Assembly (NCBI GenBank): GCA_000708835.1
Contig: DF237149.1
Coordinates: 83,939 to 147,938, forward strand
Source of the DNA: Klebsormidium nitens
Lineage: Eukaryota; Plantae; Klebsormidiophyceae
Reading direction: 5' to 3'
DNA length: 64,000 nucleotides
Shown: positions 24,401-35,400 of the stretch, one piece after another
Layout of the letters: every line of letters starts with the position of its first letter
Position numbering within the stretch: the stretch's first letter is position 1
Notes under the pieces: generated by a model
The model's input: the letters and a program-made list of their open reading frames with translations, nothing else
The model's database searches: none
Told to the model about the DNA's origin: nothing
Position numbers and translations under genes: made by a program

Positions 24401-27400
24401 AGTCACTGTGCAATCCACGGCATTTAAGAGATGGTGAAACGGTCAAACCTGAACTCGACTCCAAAGCCTGCTACCATTCGCCAAGCCCCTCTTGAGAATG
24501 ATCCTTGCTCAAAGACCGCTTACCAACACAGGCACAACTGACGTGTTACATTACGTCAATCTGCTAACGAAAGATGGACTTCACAGACCTTTCTGAAAGG
24601 GGCTTGGCCATCCAGCGCAACCGAACAATCTGCAGAAGTATTCCTTCAAAGCTGTCAGAGATGTCCAGTCCTCAAGTAAGGCATGGACTACGGTTCCTCA
24701 AACCTTTGCCTGAATGGTTTTGCGAACTTGCCTGCGACTTGCCCTCCGCCCAACTGGCCTGTCCCCCGCTTGGCAACGCCACCGGCAGAGGCCCAGGGAC
24801 GTCGGCTCCCTCCGTGCTTCGACGGGAGGACTGGGTGATGAGCTGGCTGAAGGGGTCTCCATCGGAAGATTGAGGGGGGGTGAGGGGGCCGCTGTCCAAA
24901 GGTCGGAGTGAGGGGGAGACGGTGGGGACGGGAGAGCCGTCGAGGGAGCGACGGGAGGAAAGCGAAGAGGGGGTCTGCAAGTAAGGAGGGGTTGAGTCTT
25001 CAGCCGTCCAATCAATGACAGGAGAAACTTCAGAGGGTCCTGAATCACACAAATTCTGCTTTTGCTTTCTTGCATTCAACGCAACGCCTGGCGGAGTCTT
25101 TGAGAAACCGACGAATCGTGCGATAAGGCTCCGTGCTCGTCACTAACAAGGTCCAAACGCGGTCTGCTGCAAGCAATGGCACCACGGCTGATGTGGGGAC
25201 TGTCTCAGGCACTGAACACCCCAGGAGCTTCAGAAAAGTGCAAACTATTAATTGCACGCTGCGGTGCTTGCCAAACCAGCACGTGGCAACCGCACGGTTG
25301 ACGCCCACTATTCGCACGCCTAAACATTTTGGACAGACTCCTGTCAGGCAGCCACGTGGCATTCTCAGGAGGAGAGAGTGGCACACCGCATTGTAGGTCA
25401 TGTACTTGTCGGCGTTGGGGGTGAAGCGGTACAGCGAGTCCGTGTTTTTGAACGACTGGTTCTTGTTCACGTGCTGGATAAGCTGCAACAGGACTCAGAA
25501 ACTTAGAACAGCGTTCGCTGAACCACTTGTACAAACCATCATTTGAAACATTATCTGTAATCTGTAAGCCCCATAAGGTTGAGATTATGGGGCGCAGTCT
25601 CTTTGCGCTGCTGCGACACCAAGCAAAGAAAAGCAAGCCAAAACAGAAAGTCTGGCTCATCATTTATCAACACGGGAGGACTTCAGGGGCTTCTCGGAGT
25701 AACAAAGTGTGCCAACTTCTCTCCCATGATCAACATTTCCGAAAATGGATCAAACCCAAATATCCTTGAAAAACAAACTTCAACATGGAGTTGCCACCAG
25801 TGTAGGTGCAGCCCCAACCTGCGCCCTCCTGGACGTTCCCAGCTCATGAAAAACCAAACACTCTTCTTTGTCAGGTCTGAAATTACCAGCCTGTTCTCCG
25901 ATTACTTCCTCTGGCAAGAATTCGCCCCCAGTCACAAAGCCGCCAGCCACATGGTATCAGCACTGTCAGCGATTGAAAGGAACCCTTAACATACATGGAA
26001 AAACCCTAGATACCCATAGGTCTTTATGAGCCAAATGCGCCATCTCAAGCTCGCTAGCTCTTGTTGTCCCGACAACATATTCTTTCGCCTTGATCTAAGA
26101 ACCATGCCCAAACCTTGATTCTATCCTGGAAGGCGTTAAGCTAAGCAGATCCCCCAGCTTTGAAGAGCCCCTTTCAAACCTGACCGCCACCTCTGTCAAC
26201 ACCGCCAGTATGGCGAACTAATGCCTTTTCCCTACAGCACACGACCTCAACGACCTAAGACTTGCAACGCCGCTTCTTCAACAAGGTTAAGCTAAACTCT
26301 CACCTCCTCCTGCATTAGCGCGTTCCCAATCGCAACTGCCCACTCCTCCGACGTTGCCAGCCCCGTTGTAAGAAGCACCTTGACTGCAGCCACCCCCTCA
26401 AAGCAGTCCTTGTACTTGCGCAGGTTCACCGTGCGATCCTTGATCACAAGGCCCTGTCTTAGGGCGCTAACCACGTTCGTAAGGTCTTCTTCTTCAAGCA
26501 CCATCTCCCTGGGTGACGACTCGTTTATTGAGGCTTGGGGCCTGGAAAACGATAGAACCTGGGGCTTTCATTCTGAGGCTTTCATTTTGGGGCCTTGGTG
26601 GAAAACACGACTTTGGTGTGGGGCTTGAATTAGATTAGTAAGAGGTTGGCATGAGCAAGAGTTATGCAGATCCCACGTTGGTCCCATAGGTTTGAGGACA
26701 CCGCAGCTGCAAAGTGCAATCCAAATTTTGGCCCCTCATAGAGCTGAAGCTTTGACTGATGATGTAGAACGTTGTCAAAGACTTGCAGAGTTTGAATCAA
26801 CTTCTGAGCATCCCAATCGGGCTCTCAGAGGTACAGCTAAGCACCACCACCACGAATGGATGAACAAGCTGCACTCCCCACAAAGCATGGCTGTTACTGT
26901 TGTCCGCTGGTCTGCGCTAAAAGAAGGAACCTACGAGCAAAAGTGCCTGGAAAGGGGTCGCAACCAGTCAGTTAGGAAAGGGACTGATACTATAAGGATG
27001 CCTTGTCGCACATGTTCGAACTGGAGAGTCTGGGGGCACTACTTGGATCACACAAGCGGCCAAAATTTTATGGAATTTGGCAACGACTTAAACCTGAAGA
27101 GTGGAGGAGACAAACGCTTGCAGAAATAGAATGTGACTCAGTTGTGCGGACGCAAGCGAAAGTATGATTCCTTACAGCAAAGAGGAGGAGAACGTGTACA
27201 GCGCACTCGTAGAGTTCTTAAAGCCGGGGGAGCCTGGGGAGCTGTCAACCGCCTGTTTGATGACTCCTGCCTGCAGGGGGCACAAGACAAAGTGGTTGGT
27301 TCCGAGAGTCTCCTGCAAGCTAGCGAGCTTTGCGCTTGCAGCCGGCATTGGGTGCAAATGACTCTATTGACCGGATCCCTGGAGCTCTTTCGCTGACTGA

Positions 27401-29019
27401 GGTGCAAGCCAAGCCCAGGATTGGGCAACACTGTCAGAAGTAAAGCGTTAGAGACCCGACACAAAGATCAAGACTTGAGGTTCTGTGACACAATCCTTGT
27501 GCTGGCCAAAGGTGTGCGAACAAACTTAAGGTTTTATCATGCATTTGCCTTGGCTGGTACAATGCTTCTGCCTTGAAAAATGACATAGGAGTGCCCCGGA
27601 ACTCCCTCAGACCTTGTCATGCATTAGCGGTGGCGCCTGGTTTATGTCTCAGCTTTGCAGAGTTGCGGATGAAAGTTGTCCACTTCGAAAACTGATATGA
27701 AGCTCATAAAGCTTCGTGCATTTGAGCAACAACACAACACTTTTGCAAGTCTTGCTGCAAACCAGCAAATATTCTGAAGCAATCATTGGGAGAGGGGAAC
27801 AATTGCTTACAAGAAGCAGCGAGGATTCTGTAACTCCAACAGATTTGTATGTATACACGAGAGTAAGGGGTACATATGGAGCAATGCTGTCAGTGATATC
27901 ACAAGTTCCTTGCCCAGTTTGCTGATGCTGCGCTACGAAAGATTGATCAAGCTGAGTGTACTCAGTCGAACTCATTTTGAGCTCAACAACTGTCCTCAGC
28001 ACTGACTGGCTCCTCTGCCAGGACGCTGACAGCTTGAACACTCTCAAGGGGGAGGCTCAGAAAGAAAGATGCACAAAGTTCGAGCTTGCTCCAGAGAAAC
28101 GTTCAGCTGAGTGGTCTCATCATGGTGCGGCATTGCGTCGGGCTCCCAAAAAGTCCGCGAGTTGCATTTCAAACGAATGTTTGTTGAAATAAGGGCCAAA
28201 CTTTCATTGGCTTAACTTTCACATAGGCCCAGAGTCGTTGATTGTAAGTTTTGTGTAAAGCAAAGCCATCTTGCCATATAGCTGCAGTATATATGACATT
28301 TGAGTGGGCAAAACGGAAGCGCCAGGTGCCTCACTCTGGAAGCAGTTTTTTCACCTTGGCTCCATGCTTCCTTGCGCTTTCACTTTATCCGCCCAAACTT
28401 CAGCCATAAATTCAGGCAAGTTAGGGATTTGCCCCTCCCCTCCATCAAAGAGCTGTGCTGTGAATGTTCAAGCAGCCACTTGCTGGTCATCTGACTAACA
28501 GTCGGACAAATAGACGTTGGCACAATCATCGGCACAATAAGCACCACCTCTTGTTGAAGAAGATGCAGCGCTTACACAAAGCACGGTGCAATCTAAAAGC
28601 AGAGTGGATTCAAACCAAAGGTTTCAAAACAACACCGAGACACCCTATAGCCACGATACACGATCTTCAAGGCAAATGTCAAGGAAATATGAGAAGGTAC
28701 TCACATCAAGCATCTTGCCACCCCAGCTCACCACATAAACCAGAACGTTTTTGCATCAACTCTTGGTAAACAGAGGCTTTTGGAAAAACCATAGAACAAG
28801 CGGAGTGACGAAACTCACCGCAAGCAACTGCTGCCCCAATTCCACCGCGGACACATCATGTGGCGCCAGCCCCTCATCTAAAAAGAACTCCACCGCCTCT
28901 GTTCCCTGAAATGTCTGCTTATACATCCGGAACCCCACCCGGCGATCCTTCTTTGGCACGCCCTGAAAGAGCTTCTCGGCAATTGCCGAGAGCTCGCCGG
29001 AGCCCAAACGGCGATGCAT
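9414..29019 (-). CDS. Multidomain fusion: DEP-DEP-PCS-like-pseudoPCS-GGACT-like-HFCD flavoprotein-ankyrin (about 1,410 aa; about 1,491 aa with the cassette exon)
   Basis: Exons: 29019-28819, 27270-27176, 26508-26304, 25482-25387, (24974-24732), 24215-24086, 23445-23225, 22824-22588, 21993-21865, 21424-21212, 20756-20694, 20390-20257, 19720-19535, 19000-18293, 17836-17723, 17331-17151, 16048-15833, 15281-15230, 14856-14816, 14313-14171, 13692-13562, 13052-12842, 11137-10966, 10382-10211, 9595-9414. The 24 core exons have GT-AG junctions with matching phases and total 4,233 nt (divisible by 3), with no internal stop found. Confidence 0.85.
9600..9990 (-). repeat. Tandem degenerate copies of the acceptor and 5' end of the last fusion-gene exon
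   Basis: cagccagcacgtaggggcgcgggca recurs near 9570 (true exon), 9703 and 9848, with a decayed copy near 9965. Period is about 130-145 bp. Confidence 0.85.
10780..10962 (+). repeat. Degenerate hexamer (AACCCR-like) microsatellite in an intron of the fusion gene
   Basis: aacccaaactc, aaacccggattc, aaacccaaacccaaag, atacccaaacccgg and similar units; source of the GFGF artefact ORF. Confidence 0.75.
11985..12845 (-). repeat. Tandem array (about 165-180 bp period) of the 3' end and donor site of exon 13052-12842
   Basis: gcccacctgagcagcgc.gag.gcgagagccagccggagatggcca recurs near 12836 (true donor), 12662, 12500, 12335 and 12159, with partial copies near 12086 and 11988. Confidence 0.9.
12842..16048 (-). 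other. HFCD flavoprotein domain (PPC decarboxylase/HAL3/EpiD family)
   Basis: NVLVGSAASSAADKL; PVIARHLWLRDWADILIIAPMTCNTLGKICHGVGDNLLTSVVSAW; KPFIAAPAMNSIMF; LGATVMGPRKARLSNGKIGVGAM. Confidence 0.9.
17151..18490 (-). other. Gamma-glutamylamine cyclotransferase / AIG2-like domain
   Basis: FLFFTYGTLKQGFANR...LPLVVP...LLDA|PGQGSGQVMGELYAIDKVTLDAFDILE...|YIRK matches the GGACT/AIG2 pattern (YGTLK.G..N, V.GE.Y.VD...L..LD..E, Y.R). Confidence 0.85.
19535..21424 (-). other. Phytochelatin-synthase-like domain 2, catalytically degenerate
   Basis: Collinear with domain 1: LHAPIACGNVTAIAYALSAIG, ILNFDID, SGGEYALVAA (His to Glu), VILASVQPRSYARYWRC (Asp to Ser), RGRGMIRV. Confidence 0.8.
21865..24215 (-). 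other. Phytochelatin-synthase-like (papain-fold) domain 1 with intact catalytic triad
   Basis: EFQQPLNCCNITAIAFAIAAL (oxyanion Gln and Cys), GGGHFALLGG (His), LVIADVNPKKY..YW (Asp) and the C-terminal DKDSTSKRSRG motif. Confidence 0.85.
25387..29019 (-). other. Two tandem DEP domains (N-terminus of the fusion gene)
   Basis: KKDRRVGFRMYKQTFQGTEAVEFFL...AVELGQQLLA|AGVIKQAV...LYTF and IKDRTVNLRKYKDCFEGVAAVKVLL...AVAIGNALMQEE|LIQHVNKNQSFKNTDSLYRF both fit the DEP pattern (IKDR..Y..CF.G.EAV.WL...AV.IG..L...G.I.HV....F......YRF). Confidence 0.85.
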
Positions 29020-30017
29020 TGTTCCTGTTCAGAATTAATTCCTGACGTCCAGTCACTGAATGTTGTAAAAGTCCGTTGCAGAAAATGTACGGCAAGTTCT
29101 GGGACTGGGGACTGGTGACTCTTTCCAAGGTAGGAGCTTGGCAAAGCAACTGGTGCTAGTGGTGGGCGATGAATTTCTCACAAAGGCTCTCTAGCAGCTG
29201 TTGAGTTTTGAGATATTTGGAGGTATCACAGCGGCTCATGGAGCGTAGACACCAATCAAAGAACTTTGCGTGGAGAATTTAAGGAAGTCAGGCACTATCC
29301 TCTGCCTCTCAATGGCAATCCAGATGTTTGCAGATCACTGAAAGCAGTTGCAATTGATTGCCTTCCTTTACTTCTGCTTTTTGCTACCACCGGACAACGG
29401 TCTCTCTCTATGAAAGTTTATGAAGACACCGTAGCTTCGAAAGGTGTCACAGAGATCTAGCACACAATGAAGACGAAAGTAACCTTGAATCCGAGAGCTC
29501 TGCGGCTCAGCACAAAATTCAACGAAGGAACCAGCTTATGGGGTCCTTGCCCCGAGCTCGCACTTTGGTGTTCAGTCATTAGGGGGCGCAGAGCCGTACA
29601 GGGGGGAAGATTCAAACTCAAGAATCCGACGGAGCCTGAGGTGAAGACTCGAGAGTTGTTTCTGAAAGTTTTCCTTCGAGTTCAATCAATGGTGTCCTTG
29701 CATCACCGATTTACCGGGTCCCGGTATACCTAGGTATACGGGAGGTATACCGTATCTTCGCAGCGTGCCTCGGAAGGAAAACCCTAGAGGCTAGGCCGGT
29801 ATTCGGTAAAAGGCTGTAAGGATTTCAGCAACTGAGCAGTTTATGGTGTCACACAGTGTCACAGCGCCGGGCGCCGGGCACGCAGAGCGCACACTTGCAT
29901 TGAGGGAAGGCTGCACAGTTACTTACCGGTAGGTATTGCACTAGTGCAGCAGGCAGGAGTCTCCGGCGCCCGCGCGGCGCGGAGCTTATGCGCACCACTG
30001 CACTGGCCAGTCAAGCG

Positions 30018-31534
30018 GTACCCCGGTACCATTGCGTGCCCTGAAAAGCAGTGCGCATTGAAAACGTGCACCAGACGCACCTGCACGCAGCGTGGATAGC
30101 GCTGACTTCGATCAACCAATAATATACGGTACCTGTTTGGAATTCAATTTGTATATTCTTCCCCTTGACGTGGTTGTGGTTACCGGACGTAACCGGAGAT
30201 TACAAAAGCGAAGTGTGATGGGTGCCTCCCGTAACGGAGTGTTCAGGACCGAGCTTGGAACTTCACAGCTACGCTGCGGCCTGCCAATCAAATAGGTTAA
30301 ACAGGTAGTCGTTTGTTAGTGGGCGTTACAACTATTACAGCGACAAATTTGACACACATTCTTCAAAACAATGTCTACGGCAATGCTACGGCATTCAATG
30401 ATCAGCCGCACTTACTCCAGGGCTGGTTCTCTCTAATCATCAGCGTCAAGTTCTCCCAAGGAAGATTGGACTCCGATAACTCTCGTGTGACCTAAGAGCC
30501 GTGTGACCTAAGATACGCACCCGGGGGACGGGTGGGGTTGGTACGGTGGTTAGGGTGGGTTGGGGTGCGGAGCGGCTGATTAATTGGGTTAGGTTTTTTA
30601 GTTTGAGGTGCCCTGGTTACTCGTATCTTGGGTCACACGCCCGTTAGGTCACACGAGAGTTACCGGTATGTTTCTAACTTCGTATTCCTATGTACTCGAA
30701 TTTCATGTACCTACCGGTATAAGGACGGTACTGTAGATTGCACGTACGACCTCAAACTTCTCTCCGACCATTTTAAGCTACCCGGGCTATTCTATTCAAA
30801 AGCCCTAACCTGAGAGTTTAAGTGCTTTTAGGCCCTATTGTAGCCTAACTCAAATTAACCACAACTATCTCCCGGGTGCTGTCAGGGCACGACATACCTA
30901 CTGGTAATTCTTGTCACCAGCCGCCAGCGGTCACACACGGTACCAAAGACGAACTCATCACATTCGTGTTTGACACGTAGGACCTACGATACGTACCTAC
31001 CGACCATACCATACCTTCGTACCCAGGGCAGTGAAATCACCGTATGCACGGTTAATGTCACGACGGCAAAGATCACATTAACGTGTCGAAGGGATCATCC
31101 CCAACTCGCCATGGGCGGCACTAGGCGCACACGTGCTTTTGAAGTTTGGGTACTACCGTAACGGTACCGTGTGCGCTGGCGGCAGGCCGCCTAGCCTACA
31201 GCAAAGAGTGACGACAGCCCGGTATGCACCGGCTCCGTACAAGCCTTCAGCTCTGAAGATTCAATCGGGGAATCTCTTACGAGTGTCCACATCACGATAT
31301 GAAACTAGGTACCTAGGTACCTAGGTCCTATCCTCCGGTACCTAATCACCGGAAAGCCGTATTTCTAGCAGTGTGCTCACGCGACTCGGATTCGTGGACC
31401 GTGGTTTACCAGGCACCTGAACGCCGGTACCGCGGGGCCCACTAAAAATAGGTAGCCAATGCAGCAGGTACCGGTACCTAGGCACCGGTACCTAGTCCAT
31501 GCGCGGTACACTCTGGCATGCCAAGGGTGTGTAC
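30018..31534. promoter_or_regulatory. GTAC-dense divergent spacer between the fusion gene and the SBP56-like gene
   Basis: About 23 GTAC tetramers counted by eye in about 1.5 kb, versus about 6 expected at uniform base composition. Function is not shown. Confidence 0.35.
30477..30662. mobile_element. Candidate MITE (about 185 bp) with about 41-bp terminal inverted repeats
   Basis: Left arm taactctcgtgtgacctaagagccgtgtgacctaagatacg; reverse complement of the right arm taactctcgtgtgacctaacgggcgtgtgacccaagatacg. Outer TA at both ends (possible target-site duplication). G/T-rich interior. Confidence 0.6.
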
Positions 31535-32400
31535 ATCTTTCTTACCGCGCTCCCTTCAAGTTCAGCCTCTTCCAAGTTGTGCCTGAGCCTGGCCCTGAGC
31601 CCTTGGCAGTGCTGCGGCTTGTAGCGGCTGGCATTGCAGATAAAAGGCTTCGAAAGCTGTCATTTCGACAGGCGCCGCTTTCAGGGTGCAGCACTAGCTG
31701 AAGTTCTCCTTTCAGATAAGGAGCAACCAGTGAGATTCAGCAGGCATTCCGTAGGCCGTTCTATTGAAAGGTGAGCTTGCAGTTGCTCAAAGTGGCACGC
31801 CTTCGTTTGCCAATGGAGTAAGGTAGAGCCAGAAGGAACAGGACCTCAGGGCCTGGAAGTCCGCGTCGTCCAGTGGTCTTGCAGTGGAAAAGTCCTTGGG
31901 TAGTGGAAAAGTCTTCTGTAGGTCTTCTGTGGCACTGTTCGCGTGCCAGTGTTTCTGTGTGCCAAGCACTACCTGTTGCCGCAATGTTGCTAGACATTGC
32001 GGCAACAGCCCTTCTGTGTGGTCTTTGTGGTGCTGGCTTCTAAGATGTGTACATGGAAGGGGGTGGGAATACTGTTCCCAATTTCATTCTTCTCTGCTCT
32101 TCCATGATCAGCTGAGGGGGAAAGGAGTCGTTGTGTTCAGAGGAGATGTTACAAGCTAGAGCTACTCACTATTGTGAATGCCATCGCTTCAGCACCTGTT
32201 CCTGTGTCATTTTCTTGACACTTTGCCTTACTTCAAAGTTCTTTTCTGTCTGTCTGTCCTGCGCCTTCCTTACTTTCCTTCTTTCATCTGCAATCATTGC
32301 ACCCCAAGAAATGGTTTGTTGAAACCACCCTGAAGAGCTGGCCTCCTTCAGTTCTTAAATAAGCTTCCTGTGTTTGCTGCAGACCATCCCCCTGAGCACA

Positions 32401-35400
32401 ATGGTGCCTCTCAAAGTGGTGTCAGTGGCAACGCTGTGTCTTGCAGCGACTCTCTTGCTCCAGGTAAGCGTCGCACACCTCTCCCAAAGCTGTGGTTTTG
32501 AGACAAGTTTCTTCCAAGTCATACGTCTTTGAGAGGGGTTTGGAGGATCTGTTGCAGTCAAACATGGTGCCTCGCAGCGTCTTGTTCGCTTCAAGTAAGC
32601 GTTACAACCGCTGCAAACTTGGGTATGTAAAGTGACAACTCTTCTTTAAGGTTGAACAAATTTCGAAGGTTTGGAGTGGGCGAGAGTTGTATAGTTGGTC
32701 CTCTGAGCTAGCGTACTGTGTTTTCTCGAAGTCACCGCATTGTCAGGGCAGCTGTGCTTTGTTAAACAGAGACTTGACCTGGTGACAGCAATGTTGCCTT
32801 TCTGGGAAACGTTTATTCAGATGCTCGTCATCTGCAAGAAGTTTTCCAATCATAGGATTCCTCTTCTGGCTGCAAGTCCTGCAGATTTTCTTTAGATTTA
32901 AGAATCACTCTTGCGTGCTCGGTTTCTGGCTGAGATGTGCAGGCCAATGTAGGGCAGGTCTGGCACAATGGTGTTGTGTTTTCAGCATTGTGAAAGCATT
33001 GTGACAGCATCTCCTTCCTTCTGCCAGGTTGATGCTCGTGTTTTGACCAGTCCAACCAGGGACCTCCTTGCTTCACTCAGTGAGTGTCCAGAGCTTGGGC
33101 CGGCTACTTCTACAGCAGCGGCAATTGAGGGTTGTTGACATAGGCCGTTTTGGTGCTCCCTGAGCTGTGTCGTAGATTGACTCCAACTTCCAAAAGTGGA
33201 CGTTTGAACATGTTGCTTGAAATCATCATCCTCATTGGATTGGAAAGAGACAATTCGGTTCGTTGATATCTGACAGGCCGTTGAAAATCTGGTGTTCATC
33301 AAAATTTGCTGGAAGAAGGAAGTCCCCTAAGATTGGTCTCAGAAGCTTGGTGTCCCCCACTGCTGAGGCCCAACATCAGATAAGCTATTGTGGTCCCTCA
33401 AGAATCAGACTAGGTGACCAGCATTGATCAGTGTGCGCGAAGGTTGCGTTACTCTAGAGTTTTCTCTTAGGACTTTCTACATTCCAGTAGTCAGCAATCA
33501 AGGTCCAAGGCATTCCAGTAGAGAAGCTTGTTTGATCCTCAAAGCAAAGCTCAGTCACACCGCTTGTCTTTCTTACCTTTTGCCTTTCTTCTGCTCTGCT
33601 CAGACAACGGCTGCGACGGCGGGAGCCCCACCTGCTACACAAACAATGGTGCGGACGGCTACTGCTGTCCCGAGGGTTACAACTGCTTTGCCAGTGACAA
33701 GTTCTCGTGCTATGAGGCGAGCGGCTCGTACCCCAGCGAGCCAGACCTCATTGTTGGCGAGAATGTTGCGGGTAAGTGGGATACACATGCTCAAAACCCT
33801 GGGTCAATGTAGAAATAGAAGAGACAGAATTCTGTATGCTCAGAGGCCTTGCTGGCATGTCGCCCTTGCCGGACTCGTGGCCTTGATAGGGAAGTCTGTT
33901 GCAGCTGAATCAAGAGCTCAACCCTCCGCCGAGTGAAACTAATGTATCTGCTGCTCTTGTATGCAACAAATATAAGGTGTGGTAAATCAACTATTGTAGG
34001 CCAACTGTGGGCAAGACTGAAGCTGTGGGCAAGCTTGAAGCAGAAATGAGCACGTTCAGAAGTCTGGAGGAAGTGTCATGGGGTTGTGAACCTTCTCTCA
34101 GACGTTCGTCTCAGATTTTGGAAATCGAGCAGCATATGGTCTCCAGCTGGATGTTTCGATTCTGGACTCAGGGCATTCACTGCGAGGCAACTAAGCTGTT
34201 TCCGCAGAATGAGCTCGAAAGCTGTACTGAAGAGAGCCGGAATGCGGAAAAGTACAAGAGAGCAAATTGCATCGGGAAAGAGACAGGTACTCACCAGTCC
34301 ACCAAGGGTGTCTCTAAGCCAAGCGTTCCCATTACAGGCGGCGGCGTTTCCTCTGGCAACTCGGAATTTCCCAGCAGCAGCGACCCAGAGTGCAAGAACA
34401 CCCCTGGACGCAGCAACCCCTGCTACTCCACTGACGGCAGTGTGAACGTGTGCTGCTCCAATGCTTGCGGGCCCACAACCAAGCAGGGCTACCCCACCTG
34501 CTCAGGTAAAGGAGCTTTTTCACACGCCCTTGAGTCTGCAATGCATGTCGGTGGTTAAATATGGAACCTTTCATACAACTTTGCGCTGAGTTGGCTTCTA
34601 AGTGGAAAGAGGAACCCGGCCCATGCAGCGTCAATTTTGCATGCTGCTCACGACATTCTAGAAGTTCGCTCGTCTTGTGAGCTCAGTCCGGCTTTTGATC
34701 AAAGCTAATCCAGGGGCCTGAATAGTCGACAGTCCCGCTGCTAAGTCCTTCGTCTACCCATCTTCAAAGTTCGATCACACATACCTTCTTATGCACTCAG
34801 CACCTTCTTATGCACTCAACATCCTATCTCCGATAAACCTCTGACGCACTACTTCTCGGGTTAACTCATTCTCGGGTTAGCACTCGGGTTAACTCATTCT
34901 CGGGTCAGCACTCAACATCTTATCTCCAATAAACTTCTGATGCACTCATTATCGGGTTAACTTATTCTCGGATTAACTTTTGAGCACAACATCTCGTCTC
35001 TTCTCATGCACCAAGTCCACAAACTCTCTGCTGACTGCAGGCCAGTGCTCTGGCCCCTCCCAGCTGCTGTACGTCTGGGCCGGTGTCAGTTCCGATGGCG
35101 CAAACTCCAGCGCCCGTGACTACGTTGGAGTCGTCTCCATTGACCGCAACAATCAGTACGGCAAGGTAGGACAGCTGTATAGTTCATTTATTGCGGACGC
35201 ACTCAGGGGTTGGATTGGCTGGTAGAGTCTACCTTTTTCTGGTTGACGTCGAATTACAATGGAGTCAAATGGAGTCAAAGGCGTTCGTGGAGTCATAGGC
35301 GTTCGAACTGGTGCAAAGTCGGTAGATTTTGCCGAGGATCCGCCGCTTTTTATGCATCTGATGCAGTCCTGCTGGTTATCAGCGTCCCTCGAATCTTGGT

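Noticed and set aside
27649-28047. 132-aa ORF in the first coding intron of the fusion gene, possible TE remnant
   Set aside because: No transposase, RT or integrase motif; the flanking exons join in frame without it.
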